Positions 1-9,454 of a stretch of 64,000 nt of DNA are shown one piece after another (position 1 is the first letter of the stretch; each line of letters opens with the position of its first letter). Origin of the DNA: Lachnospiraceae bacterium (GTDB lineage: Bacteria; Bacillota; Clostridia; Lachnospirales; Lachnospiraceae); NCBI GenBank assembly GCA_045600845.1, contig JAZRYR010000026.1, positions 1,234-65,233 on the forward strand, in the 5' to 3' direction. A program made the translations under genes and the position numbers. The notes beneath the pieces are model-generated. The model was given only the letters and a program-made list of their open reading frames with translations, searched no databases and had not been told where the DNA came from.

Positions 1-120
1 TCCTTTATTTTCAAGGATTTTCGTTGATTGTCTGCGTTTCCGCCACACCTGCACGACTAGAACATTATCGTAGATTTTACGGAAAAAGTAAAGAACAATT
101 TTAATTTTTTGGAGGTAAAA

Positions 121-594
121 ATGAGATATTGTAGTAATTGCGGAGCATTAAACGAAACAGAAGCTAATTTTTGCTCCAACTGTGGCAAGCCGGTAAACCA
201 AATAACAGAACATATGGAAGGAAATACAAATAATAATTATCAGCCGATATATAGTTATACGCAAGGAACACCACAGGCTGCAAATACGGTTCCGGAACCA
301 GCTCCGGTAAAAGGAAAGGTTTTCGGTATTTTAAGCTTTGTATTTGGTATCGTATCCACCGTCTTATCCTTTATTGCATTATTTCCACTGGTGGGGCAGA
401 TTTTTGGCTTTTTTTATCTGGCAATGGCTATCGTCGGTCTTGTTTTCTCCGGAAAATCCGATTTCCGTTTAGCAAAACCGGGAAAGATTTTATGTATCGT
501 TGGAATTGTTTTATCCGGACTTTTCCTTATTCTGGGCTTTATTATTCTCTTCGGTGGAATACTGGAATATCTTGATTACTATTATTATTTTTAA
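121..594 (+). CDS. Zinc-ribbon domain membrane protein: N-terminal CxxC-x10-CxxC, Pro/Gln-rich linker, C-terminal multi-pass hydrophobic region
   Basis: The ORF track gives 109..594 from a TTG. An ATG at 121 lies 6 nt after GGAGG (111-115), so I use that start. The N-terminus reads MRYCSNCGALNETEANFCSNCG. The C-terminal half is hydrophobic (FGILSFVFGIVSTVLSFIALFPLV...). Confidence 0.75.
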   Translation: MRYCSNCGALNETEANFCSNCGKPVNQITEHMEGNTNNNYQPIYSYTQGTPQAANTVPEPAPVKGKVFGILSFVFGIVSTVLSFIALFPLVGQIFGFFYLAMAIVGLVFSGKSDFRLAKPGKILCIVGIVLSGLFLILGFIILFGGILEYLDYYYYF

Positions 595-1169
595 TAACTA
601 AAACTTCCCATACTCCGAATGGAAATCACACCTATAAAATCCAATAAAACAGGTAATCATCAAAGTTCTCCTACTTACATGACTTAAAATATTTTTTTAT
701 AAAATGATTCAGATGCAGTGATGTCTGAACTGATTCAAAAGTAGCCATATGCGGTTACGGTGATGTCTGAAATGCTTCCGAACCATCCATATACGGGTGT
801 CCCAAAAGTGCACACCCGCAAAATTGCATATTAATAAAAGTTCAGACATCAGTTTAACCGTATATCGAGGGTCTGAAGCAATCTGCGACCTCTATGGTCT
901 ATGGAGAGCATTTTTTGTATCAGCTACACCTACGCTTTCAATCTCTTCCTCTGAGTATGCCGGTATGATGTGACGATAGTAATTTTTTAGCTTAAGAAGT
1001 GTGTAACCATGGTGTATGCCATGGTTACCATGTTTTTTCAGATATTCGGTTGCGCATTTAACACATCTAAGTACGCACCGTGCTTTTGCTGTTTGACACG
1101 GGAACCTCATCTATGAGATAAGACATTTCAAGGTTCAACACACTTTATCGGTGTGGGAAGTTTTAGTTA
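595..1169. mobile_element. MITE-like non-autonomous element or IS remnant bounded by 19-bp terminal inverted repeats
   Basis: The left repeat at 595-613 is TAACTAAAACTTCCCATAC. The reverse complement of 1151-1169 is TAACTAAAACTTCCCACAC, an 18/19 match. Inside are imperfect direct repeats with a roughly 42-bp period starting GTGATGTCTGAA at 718 and 760, and an inverted copy TTCAGACATCAG at 841-852. There are also perfect hairpins at 1003-1012/1019-1028 and 794-800/812-818. The only ORF (72 aa, 892..1110, minus) has no SD and is crossed by the 10-bp hairpin. Confidence 0.5.
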
Positions 1170-1313
1170 CTTATTCTTATGGTCTATAAGGTATATTTGC
1201 ATATAGCTTGTACTACGGTTTTATGATATATTGTCTTTAGATGTCTGTTTGCCTGGTTTAAAGTAAATCAATAAACAGGAGATTTAACAATTAAAAAAAG
1301 AAGGGTGAAAATA

Positions 1314-2642
1314 ATGAAATTTAAAAAAATGTTCAAAAAGGCTGTCTTGTTTTTCACTGTAATGAGTCTTGTTATTGCTGCAAATGTTACTTTCGCATTT
1401 GCTGAAGATTCAGGCACAATAACAGTTACTTTTGATGCCGGATACGGAAGGTTTCCTTTTAAAGGAGGTCCTCATATTCAAAAAGCAGACTTAACAGTTG
1501 GTGAAAAATATCCAGAACGTTTTCTAAACCCAGAAAATATTCATCGAGATGGCTATTCATGCGAAGGCTGGTTCTATTACACAGAAAATCATGAAAAAAT
1601 CATGATTGATAAAGACAGTCTTGTTTCCGAGGAAGCAACTCATATTTATGCAGATTGGAAGGCATCGAGCCCAGATATATTCAGTTCCCTTTTATTTAAT
1701 GGCAGCTCTACAGGGCACAAGGATTTTGTCATAAGATTTTATAATGACGAAGGAACAGATAAAAATTATATTGATAAATTAGTAAATGAAATCAGGAAAT
1801 ATTGTGAATTTCCCGAAGAGCTTATCCGTAGATCATCAAGCAGTCTGGGTCACAATTATGCGGAGTTAATAGATACATTTTTCGAATTACCATATAACCG
1901 CGAAGCAGAGGAACTATCAGAAGAGATATCTGTATGTATTGATCCAAACGATGTATATGAAAAATCATTAGTTATAACAGAAAATAAACCAAATGGAGAT
2001 CCAGTACGTGAGCTCGTTGTCATTCCTCATGAACAAGATGATCTGCTTGATACCTTCAGCCATTGGGAAATCAACAATGTCCGTATTGAAGCAGGTAAAG
2101 AATACATCTTCAATCTTTTCAATCCAAACGTAGATTTAGAATGCTATGCTGTTTACAAAGATGATAAAATTGATTTGTCGGTAGCTGGCAAGACTGGTCA
2201 CAAAAACTATGAAGTTACCTATGAAGATGGACTTGGAAGTAATACAGAAACACTCGAAAATATTGATTTCGATATATTTGCAGGCAGGGAATTCTTTTAT
2301 AGATCTAACAGTGATAACAGTTTAGAAATCTGGTTTGGTAATGAAGAGGAAATTTGCCAGCAGCATTATACGATTCGTCCAATTGCTACGGACGGTTATG
2401 AACCTAAATCATGGAAATTTAACGGAAATGCAATTTCTGCCGGAAACAGAACATATATCGACCTTGAAGAGTTACTTAACGAAGGTACATTATCCCTGAC
2501 TTTTGAATCTGAGTATTCGACAATAAACCCAAAGACAGGTGATACCTCGCAGCTAATGTTATATATAGTTTTGTTGCTGCTTGCTTCATGTACAATGTTT
2601 GTTTTAACAAATAATATGAAGAAAAATAAGAACACGAAATAA
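1314..2642 (+). CDS. Secreted, probably cell-wall-anchored surface protein with a signal peptide and a C-terminal NPKTGD sorting-signal-like motif
   Basis: An ATG at 1314 follows AAGAAGGG; the ORF track starts at a GTG at 1305. The N-terminal signal-like sequence is KKAVLFFTVMSLVIAANVTFAFA. The C-terminus has NPKTGD (2526-2543), then a hydrophobic helix and a KKNKNTK tail, which is the LPXTG-type tripartite layout. Confidence 0.7.
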   Translation: MKFKKMFKKAVLFFTVMSLVIAANVTFAFAEDSGTITVTFDAGYGRFPFKGGPHIQKADLTVGEKYPERFLNPENIHRDGYSCEGWFYYTENHEKIMIDKDSLVSEEATHIYADWKASSPDIFSSLLFNGSSTGHKDFVIRFYNDEGTDKNYIDKLVNEIRKYCEFPEELIRRSSSSLGHNYAELIDTFFELPYNREAEELSEEISVCIDPNDVYEKSLVITENKPNGDPVRELVVIPHEQDDLLDTFSHWEINNVRIEAGKEYIFNLFNPNVDLECYAVYKDDKIDLSVAGKTGHKNYEVTYEDGLGSNTETLENIDFDIFAGREFFYRSNSDNSLEIWFGNEEEICQQHYTIRPIATDGYEPKSWKFNGNAISAGNRTYIDLEELLNEGTLSLTFESEYSTINPKTGDTSQLMLYIVLLLLASCTMFVLTNNMKKNKNTK

Positions 2643-2673
2643 GAATTTTACACTAAATAAACCCACAAAGATT

Positions 2674-2706
2674 GGCCGATGATTTATTGTTCATCGGCCT
2701 TTTTTA
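2674..2706 (+). terminator. Rho-independent terminator of the surface-protein gene, overlapping the 3' end of the convergent LtaS-like gene
   Basis: The stem GGCCGATGA (2674-2682) pairs with TCATCGGCC (2691-2699) around an 8-nt loop, followed by a T-run at 2700-2706. Confidence 0.7.
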
Positions 2707-4687
2707 TTGCTTGATAAAAATCTGTTTCCAGAATTAAACGGGAGAAAATCATTTTGTTTTTTACCACTTTTTGAATCTTCGAAATATAAGATGCATCTAC
2801 TGTTATACCATCCTTCGGCGTAAAAGTATCGGTACTGGAGTTATAAAAGCCTTTTTCTGTCATCCAGGAATAGTCCGCCCAAATAACAAGCGGTAATTCG
2901 TCAGAAAAAACATCCCGTCCGGCCAATAACCGGGAATCATAATCCATTCCAAACAGATTCAGTAGAGTAGGCAGAATATCTACACTATAAACCGGCTCTG
3001 AAACAACAACTGGGGCTGATTTTTCCATGGATTTACTCCAGATGATCAGACAGTTATGATCCCTTTGGGCATAATTCTGTGGTTCAAAACCGTACAGCTC
3101 CGGCAGATAGTTTCGATCCGCAGCCCAGGCATCACTTTTCGTCAATCCATATGGATAATGATCCGGACTTAATATAAGGACCGTATCGTCTGCAATACCG
3201 GCCTTTTCCAATTCCTCTATCAGAAGGGAAAGGGCTTCATCAAAATCTATTTCTGCACAGAAATATGTCTTTATTATGTCGGAATAATCCAGATTATCTA
3301 CCCGGTTCCAGTATTTTTCCACCAAATGGCTTGCATCCTTCATATACGGGAAATGACCACTTAGCGTCATGTAGTATATACAAAATGGGGTCTTGTCCAA
3401 ATACTGAGGAATAGAATACTGCATCATTTCCAGATCACTTCGTGGCCAGGTATCCGACAAAGCCGTTTCCATGCCATTTCCATCCGCAATAAATTTTTCA
3501 TATCCAAAATTCCGATGGGTTTTATTGCGGTTATAATATTCCACGGTACCATTATGATATGCATAATTTGTATATCCATTATGGATTGTCTGGTTTCCCA
3601 GCGTAAACGGAAGATAGACGTTACCTGCTTGCCGGAAAGAAGCCATTGCTTCTGTCGGAATAAGACCCAGGAGATTTGCAAACTCTCCGGTTGCCGTACT
3701 GCCATTATAATAAGGCTGATAAAAATCCTCAAAAACAAAGCCTTCCTCTATCAATTTATAGAGTGTAGGCATGGTATCCGGACGGATCATTTCTTTGGAC
3801 ATGGATTCGACCGTAATAAAGATAATGTTTTTATCTTTAAATAAACCCGTATATGGATTCTTGCAAGAAGGCTGAAGACTATCTACATATTCCGCGATTG
3901 TCTGGCTTTTTCGATTCGTGCTGTTTTCTGCTATTTTTTTATAATCGATTTTCAGCTGATGAAATCCATGGATTTTTCCATCTTGAGAAGATGAATCTAA
4001 ATAATTCACAGAATTTTCCAATCGCGAATTGAATGGATTTGGAAAGATAATGTAAGCTAAATCCAGTTTATATGCTGTTTGAACCGAGAAGGTCCGAACC
4101 GTCAGATCAAAATTGTATTCGCTGGTCATTTTCATTCGGCTGGATGCATTTCTTGCCATCAGGCCGATTCCTGCAGCTTCGAAAATAAGGAAACCGATGA
4201 TAAAAACAATTTTTGCATTTTTTTTACTTTTCCGAAAGCCTAATTTTCTTAAAATAAAGAAAAAGAGAATAAAAAGGAGGGCAGGAATTTCAAACAACAG
4301 AATAACCCCGATTCCTTTTGAAATTAAGGTTAATATGGAGTTAGAAAATTCCTCAATAACGCCTTCTGCACCTGCAAGAATGGTTTTTATATCCATATAG
4401 GACTTATAACAGGAAAAAATATAATAAGTCATCAGGAAAAGTAAAGATGAAGCCTCAACGAAAAGAAAAGCCAGAATATTGTTTAGTACTTTTATTTTTG
4501 TCAAAGAAAAAAGAAGATTAAATACCGCCCCTGCTGCAAAAGAGATGAAAAAACATGCCACCGCATTGAATGTCTCAATCTTCGTTCCGGTCAATATACG
4601 GGCCAGAGCTTCCAGATAGAGGAGAGACAGCGGAAGGAAAAAATAAGTAATGATATTCGTTTTTTCTTTGTTTACCGATGTTTTCAT
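2684..4687 (-). CDS. LTA synthase family protein (polytopic N-terminus plus extracellular sulfatase/phosphoglycerol-transferase domain)
   Basis: This 667-aa ORF has a multi-TM N-terminal roughly 190 aa. The following domain has sulfatase-like segments (NIIFITVESMS..., MTLSGHFPY, LILSPDHYPYG) typical of LtaS-type enzymes. Confidence 0.8.
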   Translation of the reverse strand: MKTSVNKEKTNIITYFFLPLSLLYLEALARILTGTKIETFNAVACFFISFAAGAVFNLLFSLTKIKVLNNILAFLFVEASSLLFLMTYYIFSCYKSYMDIKTILAGAEGVIEEFSNSILTLISKGIGVILLFEIPALLFILFFFILRKLGFRKSKKNAKIVFIIGFLIFEAAGIGLMARNASSRMKMTSEYNFDLTVRTFSVQTAYKLDLAYIIFPNPFNSRLENSVNYLDSSSQDGKIHGFHQLKIDYKKIAENSTNRKSQTIAEYVDSLQPSCKNPYTGLFKDKNIIFITVESMSKEMIRPDTMPTLYKLIEEGFVFEDFYQPYYNGSTATGEFANLLGLIPTEAMASFRQAGNVYLPFTLGNQTIHNGYTNYAYHNGTVEYYNRNKTHRNFGYEKFIADGNGMETALSDTWPRSDLEMMQYSIPQYLDKTPFCIYYMTLSGHFPYMKDASHLVEKYWNRVDNLDYSDIIKTYFCAEIDFDEALSLLIEELEKAGIADDTVLILSPDHYPYGLTKSDAWAADRNYLPELYGFEPQNYAQRDHNCLIIWSKSMEKSAPVVVSEPVYSVDILPTLLNLFGMDYDSRLLAGRDVFSDELPLVIWADYSWMTEKGFYNSSTDTFTPKDGITVDASYISKIQKVVKNKMIFSRLILETDFYQAIKKADEQ

Positions 4688-4695
4688 GATTTTTC

Positions 4696-4724
4696 ATTAT
4701 AGTTTCTATCAAATGAAATTGCCA
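4696..4724 (-). promoter_or_regulatory. Candidate sigma-A promoter for the LtaS-like gene
   Basis: On the minus strand the -35 is TGGCAA (complement of 4719-4724), the spacer is 17 nt, and the -10 is TATAAT (complement of 4696-4701). The ATG lies 8 nt downstream with no SD. The -35 is weak. Confidence 0.35.
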
Positions 4725-4747
4725 TTAAAATTTATGTGAAGTATAAT
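4719..4747 (+). promoter_or_regulatory. Candidate sigma-A promoter for polA
   Basis: TTGCCA (4719-4724), a 17-nt spacer, then TATAAT (4742-4747). The polA ATG at 4754 follows after only 6 nt and has no SD. Confidence 0.55.
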
Positions 4748-4753
4748 AATCTT

Positions 4754-7396
4754 ATGGAAAATTTAAGAGAAAAATTATTATTGATTGATGGTCACAGTAT
4801 TGTAAATCGTGCTTTTTATGGAGTCCCGGATCTAACGAATTCTGAGGGGCTCCATACCAACGCAATCTATGGATTCCTGAATATCTTCTTCAGTACCTAT
4901 TCAAAAGTGAAACCAGATTATGTCATTGTTGCTTTTGACATGAAAGCAAAAACCTTCCGGCATAAAGTGTACGAAGCTTATAAAGGAAACCGGAAAGGAA
5001 TGCCGGAGGAATTGAACCAGCAAGTTCCGATATTAATTGATGTGTTGGAAAGCATGAAAATAAAAACAGCACGTTTAGAAGGCTATGAAGCAGACGATGT
5101 AATCGGAACATATGCAAAATCTGCTGAAAGGAATGGCTTGGATGTTGTTATTTTATCGGGAGACCGAGATCTTCTTCAGTTGGTATCCGATACTACCATG
5201 GTGGCTCTGCCAAAAACAAAATCCGGAGGAACGGAAATAGAGTTCTATTACGAGGCAGACCTGTTAAAAGAATATCAGGTATCCCCGAAAGAGTTTATCG
5301 AACTGAAGGCACTTATGGGCGATTCTTCGGATAACATTCCCGGAATTCCTGGAATTGGTATTAAAACCGCGACAAACATCATTACCCAATACCATTCTTT
5401 AGAGAATGCGTTCGAACACGCTTCCGAAATCAAACCAAAAAAAGCTCAGGAAAACCTGGTGGAATTCATAGAACAGGGAAGAATGAGTCTGTTTCTGGCA
5501 ACCATTAATACCCAGGCTCCCGTGCCGATGGATTATTCTGCTGCCAAAGTGGAATCCGAAGGGGATTTCTATAATGATAATTCTTACCAGTTATACAAAA
5601 AGCTGGAACTTAAAAATCTATTGAATCGTTTTGACATGGAAAAAAAGGCAGACTCAGTTTCTGCAGAATATTCCTTCCTTCCACCAGAACAGCTTCCAGA
5701 TCTTCTTTGGAATATGAAAAGCAAAGGTCTGGATGCCGGCATTTTCTTTGATGAAGACCTTACCTTAATTTCTATTACTTATGAAGAAGATGACCAGCTT
5801 CTTACCTATCTCCTGGAAGGTTCTTTGGAAGCTGCAGAGCAGATATTTAACTCCGGAATAGATTTATATGTTTTCGGTTTAAAGAAGATGTTTCATGCAT
5901 TGAACTGCAGAGACTTTTTTTCTGATTCTATTTTTGACCTGACGATTATGGCTTATCTTTTGAATCCTTTGATTTCTGCTTATTCTTATGACAGTATTTC
6001 AAAAGATTATTTAAACCGTATCGTTCCTTCCAGGGAAGATCTTTTAGGAAAGAAAAGCTTAAAAGAATCTTATCCGGAAGATAACAGCCGGTTGAACTGT
6101 GAAAAATTGGCAGCCATTTCTTCCCAGAACGCTTATCAGGCTTATCCTGTGTTGAAAAACAAACTTCTTCAGGAGGATATGTGGGAATTATTTACGCAGA
6201 TGGAAATGCCTTTGGTTTATTCTCTTTACAACATGGAACAGAAAGGAATCCGGGTGAATAAAGAAGCCTTGAAGCAGTTTTCCATCCAGTTAAGTGAAAT
6301 GATCACCGGCTTTGAAAAAAACATTTATGAAGAAGCCGGGGAAGAATTTAATATTAACTCTCCAAAACAGTTAGGCGTTATTTTATTTGAGAAATTAAAA
6401 CTCCCGGCAGGGAAGAAAACAAAAACCGGTTATTCGACCTCTGCTGATGTTTTAGAAAAACTGGCGGATGAATTTCCGATAGTTAATAAAATCCTGAAAT
6501 ATCGCCAGCTGACAAAACTGAAATCAACCTATGCAGATGGTTTGGTAAATTATATTGAAGAGGATGAACGAATCCATGGAACTTTCAACCAGACGATTAC
6601 CGCTACTGGCCGAATCAGTTCCACGGAGCCGAATCTTCAGAATATACCGATTCGGAATGAACTGGGACAGGAAATCCGTAAATCTTTTGAAGCAAAAGAA
6701 GGCTGCGTTTTCCTGGATGCAGATTATTCCCAGATTGAATTACGGCTTCTTGCGCATCTATCCGCTGATGAAAACCTTATTGAAAGCTATAAACGGGATG
6801 CAGACATCCATAAGATTACGGCTTCTAAGGTATTTAATACTCCGTTGGACGAGGTTACCAAAGAGCAGAGAAGCAATGCAAAAGCAGTAAACTTTGGTAT
6901 TGTATACGGTATCAGTTCTTTCGGACTGAGCCAGGGCTTGAGTATTTCCAGAAAAGAAGCCAATGAATATATTAAACAGTATTTTGCAACTTACCCAAAA
7001 GTTAAGGAATTTCTTGATAACACAGTAAAGAAAGCAAAAATTGATGGATACACCACGACCATGATGGGAAGAATCCGTCCAATACCGGAACTGAGTTCTT
7101 CTAATTTCATGCAGAGAGCTTTTGGCGAAAGAGCAGCAAAGAATGCTCCGATTCAGGGGACTGCGGCGGATATTATAAAAATCGCCATGATCAATGTGGA
7201 CAAGGCTCTTCGAAAAGGTGGATTTCAGGCACGAATCGTTCTCCAGATTCATGATGAGCTTCTGATTGAAGCTCCGGAACAAGAGGCGGATGCAGTAAAA
7301 GAACTTTTATATAACGAAATGAAAGATGCCGTTTCCCTGAAAGTTCCATTAGAAGTGGAAGTAAATATAGGGAAGGACTGGTTTGAGGCTCATTAA
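4754..7396 (+). CDS. polA: DNA polymerase I
   Basis: An ORF of about 880 aa. It has a 5'-nuclease N-terminus (LLLIDGHSIVNRAFYG, GDSSDNIPGIPGIG) and family-A polymerase motifs (DADYSQIELRLLAH, RSNAKAVNFGIVYG, QIHDELLIEAP). The ORF track starts at a GTG at 4736; the ATG at 4754 (MENLREK) fits the PolI N-terminus. Confidence 0.95.
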   Translation: MENLREKLLLIDGHSIVNRAFYGVPDLTNSEGLHTNAIYGFLNIFFSTYSKVKPDYVIVAFDMKAKTFRHKVYEAYKGNRKGMPEELNQQVPILIDVLESMKIKTARLEGYEADDVIGTYAKSAERNGLDVVILSGDRDLLQLVSDTTMVALPKTKSGGTEIEFYYEADLLKEYQVSPKEFIELKALMGDSSDNIPGIPGIGIKTATNIITQYHSLENAFEHASEIKPKKAQENLVEFIEQGRMSLFLATINTQAPVPMDYSAAKVESEGDFYNDNSYQLYKKLELKNLLNRFDMEKKADSVSAEYSFLPPEQLPDLLWNMKSKGLDAGIFFDEDLTLISITYEEDDQLLTYLLEGSLEAAEQIFNSGIDLYVFGLKKMFHALNCRDFFSDSIFDLTIMAYLLNPLISAYSYDSISKDYLNRIVPSREDLLGKKSLKESYPEDNSRLNCEKLAAISSQNAYQAYPVLKNKLLQEDMWELFTQMEMPLVYSLYNMEQKGIRVNKEALKQFSIQLSEMITGFEKNIYEEAGEEFNINSPKQLGVILFEKLKLPAGKKTKTGYSTSADVLEKLADEFPIVNKILKYRQLTKLKSTYADGLVNYIEEDERIHGTFNQTITATGRISSTEPNLQNIPIRNELGQEIRKSFEAKEGCVFLDADYSQIELRLLAHLSADENLIESYKRDADIHKITASKVFNTPLDEVTKEQRSNAKAVNFGIVYGISSFGLSQGLSISRKEANEYIKQYFATYPKVKEFLDNTVKKAKIDGYTTTMMGRIRPIPELSSSNFMQRAFGERAAKNAPIQGTAADIIKIAMINVDKALRKGGFQARIVLQIHDELLIEAPEQEADAVKELLYNEMKDAVSLKVPLEVEVNIGKDWFEAH

Positions 7397-7996
7397 ATGA
7401 TTATTGGTGTAACAGGTGGTGTCGGTGCCGGGAAATCGACAATACTGGATTATCTAAAAACAAAATATCATGCATATATTATTATGGCGGATGATGTGGC
7501 AAAAGATTTAATGAATCTGGGCCAGACGGGTTATGATGCTGTGGTTTCGGAATTTGGGACGGACATTCTTGACCCGGATAAAAATATCGACCGTCCTAAA
7601 TTATCCTCCATTGTATTTAACAATGATGATAAACTGGAAAAGCTGAACGATCTGATTCATCCTCTGGTAAAGGATTATATCCTGGAGAAATTCGATTTTT
7701 ATCGGACCTATATTCCAGACCGGATTGTTGTCCTGGAAGCGGCCCTTCTGATAGAAGAAGGATATAAAGAGTTTGTAGATGAATTGTGGGCAGTTATTAC
7801 GAACACCGATGTCCGGATTCAGCGTTTAAAAGAAACCAGAGGTTATTCTGAAGAAAAAGCATTAAGTATTATTGATAATCAACTCTCCAATGAAGAGTTT
7901 GCTGCAAACTGTGATTTTGTGATCAACAATTCTTATGGTTTAGAAGATACGCAGAGGCAGATAAGGGAACATCTTGATCGAATTATTAATCAATGA
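7397..7996 (+). CDS. coaE: Dephospho-CoA kinase
   Basis: The ORF is 199 aa with the P-loop GVTGGVGAGKST. Its ATG comes immediately after the polA stop, the usual polA-coaE linkage. Confidence 0.9.
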   Translation: MIIGVTGGVGAGKSTILDYLKTKYHAYIIMADDVAKDLMNLGQTGYDAVVSEFGTDILDPDKNIDRPKLSSIVFNNDDKLEKLNDLIHPLVKDYILEKFDFYRTYIPDRIVVLEAALLIEEGYKEFVDELWAVITNTDVRIQRLKETRGYSEEKALSIIDNQLSNEEFAANCDFVINNSYGLEDTQRQIREHLDRIINQ

Positions 7997-8951
7997 AAAG
8001 AATTCTGGCGGAAGGCTGGATAAAATCATTTTTAAATATCTGGACAAGGCTCCGGCGAGCTTTGTCTATAAAATGCTACGCAAAAAGAATATTGTTCTAA
8101 ATGATAAAAAAGCTTCCGGTAATGAAATCTTAAATCCGGGGGATTCGGTGAAGTTTTATCTGGCAGACGAAACTATTGCAAAATTCCATTCCACCCATAA
8201 AGAAACTCCGATTAAAAAAGAGATTCGTTCCTTGATTTGTTTTGAAGATGATAATATCCTTGCTTTGAATAAACCAGCGGGAATGCTTACCCAAAAAGCT
8301 ACGGAAAAAGATATCTCTTTGAATGATCTGCTACTTCCATACTTACATCATCCGGATGATGTATTTACACCGGGTATTTCCAACCGTTTAGACCGGAATA
8401 CCAGTGGAATTGTACTGGCAGGTAAAAATTTAAATGCAACCCGCAGCCTTAATGAAATCATCAGAAACCGCTGGCTCAGTAAAAAATACATCTGCCTGGT
8501 AAAAGGCGAAATTGAGCAAGAACAGACTTTTAAGGCATATCTGTCAAAAAATGAGGAACGCAATCAGGTAACGGTCCGTCCGGTTCAAACAGAGGAATTT
8601 CCTAAAGAGATTATCACCCAGATTCGGCCTTTGGATGGAAATGATAAATACACCCTTCTGGAAGTTGACCTCATTACAGGAAAGAGTCATCAGATTCGAG
8701 CTCATTTAGCTTATTTAGGCCATCCTTTGGCTGGTGACAATAAATATGGCGATAAGGAATTCAATCAATATTTTTCCATGAAATATGGGCTGAAAAACCA
8801 GTTTCTTCATGCATATACCGTGGAATTTCATGATATAAAAAACCATTTGGATTATTTAAACGGAAAGAAAATATGCGCATCTCTTCCGGAAAATCTGATA
8901 AAAATTCTTAAAGGAGAAAAAATATGGCAACATGGGACAGCAGAGGCTTAA
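7974..8951 (+). CDS. RluA-family pseudouridine synthase with an N-terminal S4-like domain
   Basis: It has the catalytic motif NRLDRNTSGIVLAGKN and the C-terminal motif GKSHQIRAHLAYLGHPLAGD. The TTG start overlaps the coaE 3' end. Confidence 0.85.
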   Translation: MIELLINEKNSGGRLDKIIFKYLDKAPASFVYKMLRKKNIVLNDKKASGNEILNPGDSVKFYLADETIAKFHSTHKETPIKKEIRSLICFEDDNILALNKPAGMLTQKATEKDISLNDLLLPYLHHPDDVFTPGISNRLDRNTSGIVLAGKNLNATRSLNEIIRNRWLSKKYICLVKGEIEQEQTFKAYLSKNEERNQVTVRPVQTEEFPKEIITQIRPLDGNDKYTLLEVDLITGKSHQIRAHLAYLGHPLAGDNKYGDKEFNQYFSMKYGLKNQFLHAYTVEFHDIKNHLDYLNGKKICASLPENLIKILKGEKIWQHGTAEA

Positions 8952-9454
8952 GAGGCTCTCAATTTGAAAATATAATTAATCAGTCCAATGAAAAATACAG
9001 AGAATTACGGCTTGGTTTAGTACAGAAGATACCGACCCCGATCAAACCGGTAGAAATTGATGACAACCGTCATATTACTTTGGCTTATTTTGAAAAGAAA
9101 AGCACCGTAGACTATATTGGCGTTGTTCAATCCTTCCCGATCTGCTTTGATGCAAAAGAGTGCAAGGAAAATACCTTCCAGTTATCGAATGTACATGATC
9201 ATCAGTTTGATTTCATGACGGATTTTGAGGAACAGGGTGGAATCTCCTTTTTACTGATTAATTTTACCGGTGCGGATAAATACTACTATATGCGCTACTT
9301 TGAATTAAAACAGCTTCTTACAAAAGCAAAAAATGGAGAAAAGAAGAGCGTAAATATTGATGAATTAGACAGTAATTATTTTATTACCGAAAAGCTGGGT
9401 GTGCCTCTGCATTATCTGGAAGGTATTAATATGGACCTGCAGGAGAGAGATTGA
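8924..9454 (+). CDS. recU: Holliday junction resolvase RecU
   Basis: The 176-aa translation matches RecU-type segments: GSQFENIINQSNEKYRE..LVQKIPTPIKPV, STVDYIGV, FDAKEC, NVHDHQFDFM, GGISFLLINF. An SD (GGAGAAAAAAT) precedes the ATG. Confidence 0.85.
   Translation: MATWDSRGLRGSQFENIINQSNEKYRELRLGLVQKIPTPIKPVEIDDNRHITLAYFEKKSTVDYIGVVQSFPICFDAKECKENTFQLSNVHDHQFDFMTDFEEQGGISFLLINFTGADKYYYMRYFELKQLLTKAKNGEKKSVNIDELDSNYFITEKLGVPLHYLEGINMDLQERD

Noticed and set aside
892-1110. The 72-aa minus-strand ORF as a genuine protein-coding gene
   Set aside because: It has no Shine-Dalgarno sequence. It lies wholly inside the TIR-bounded element and is interrupted at the RNA/DNA level by a perfect 10-bp hairpin. 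At best it is a remnant of a transposase zinc-finger region, so I did not list it as a CDS.
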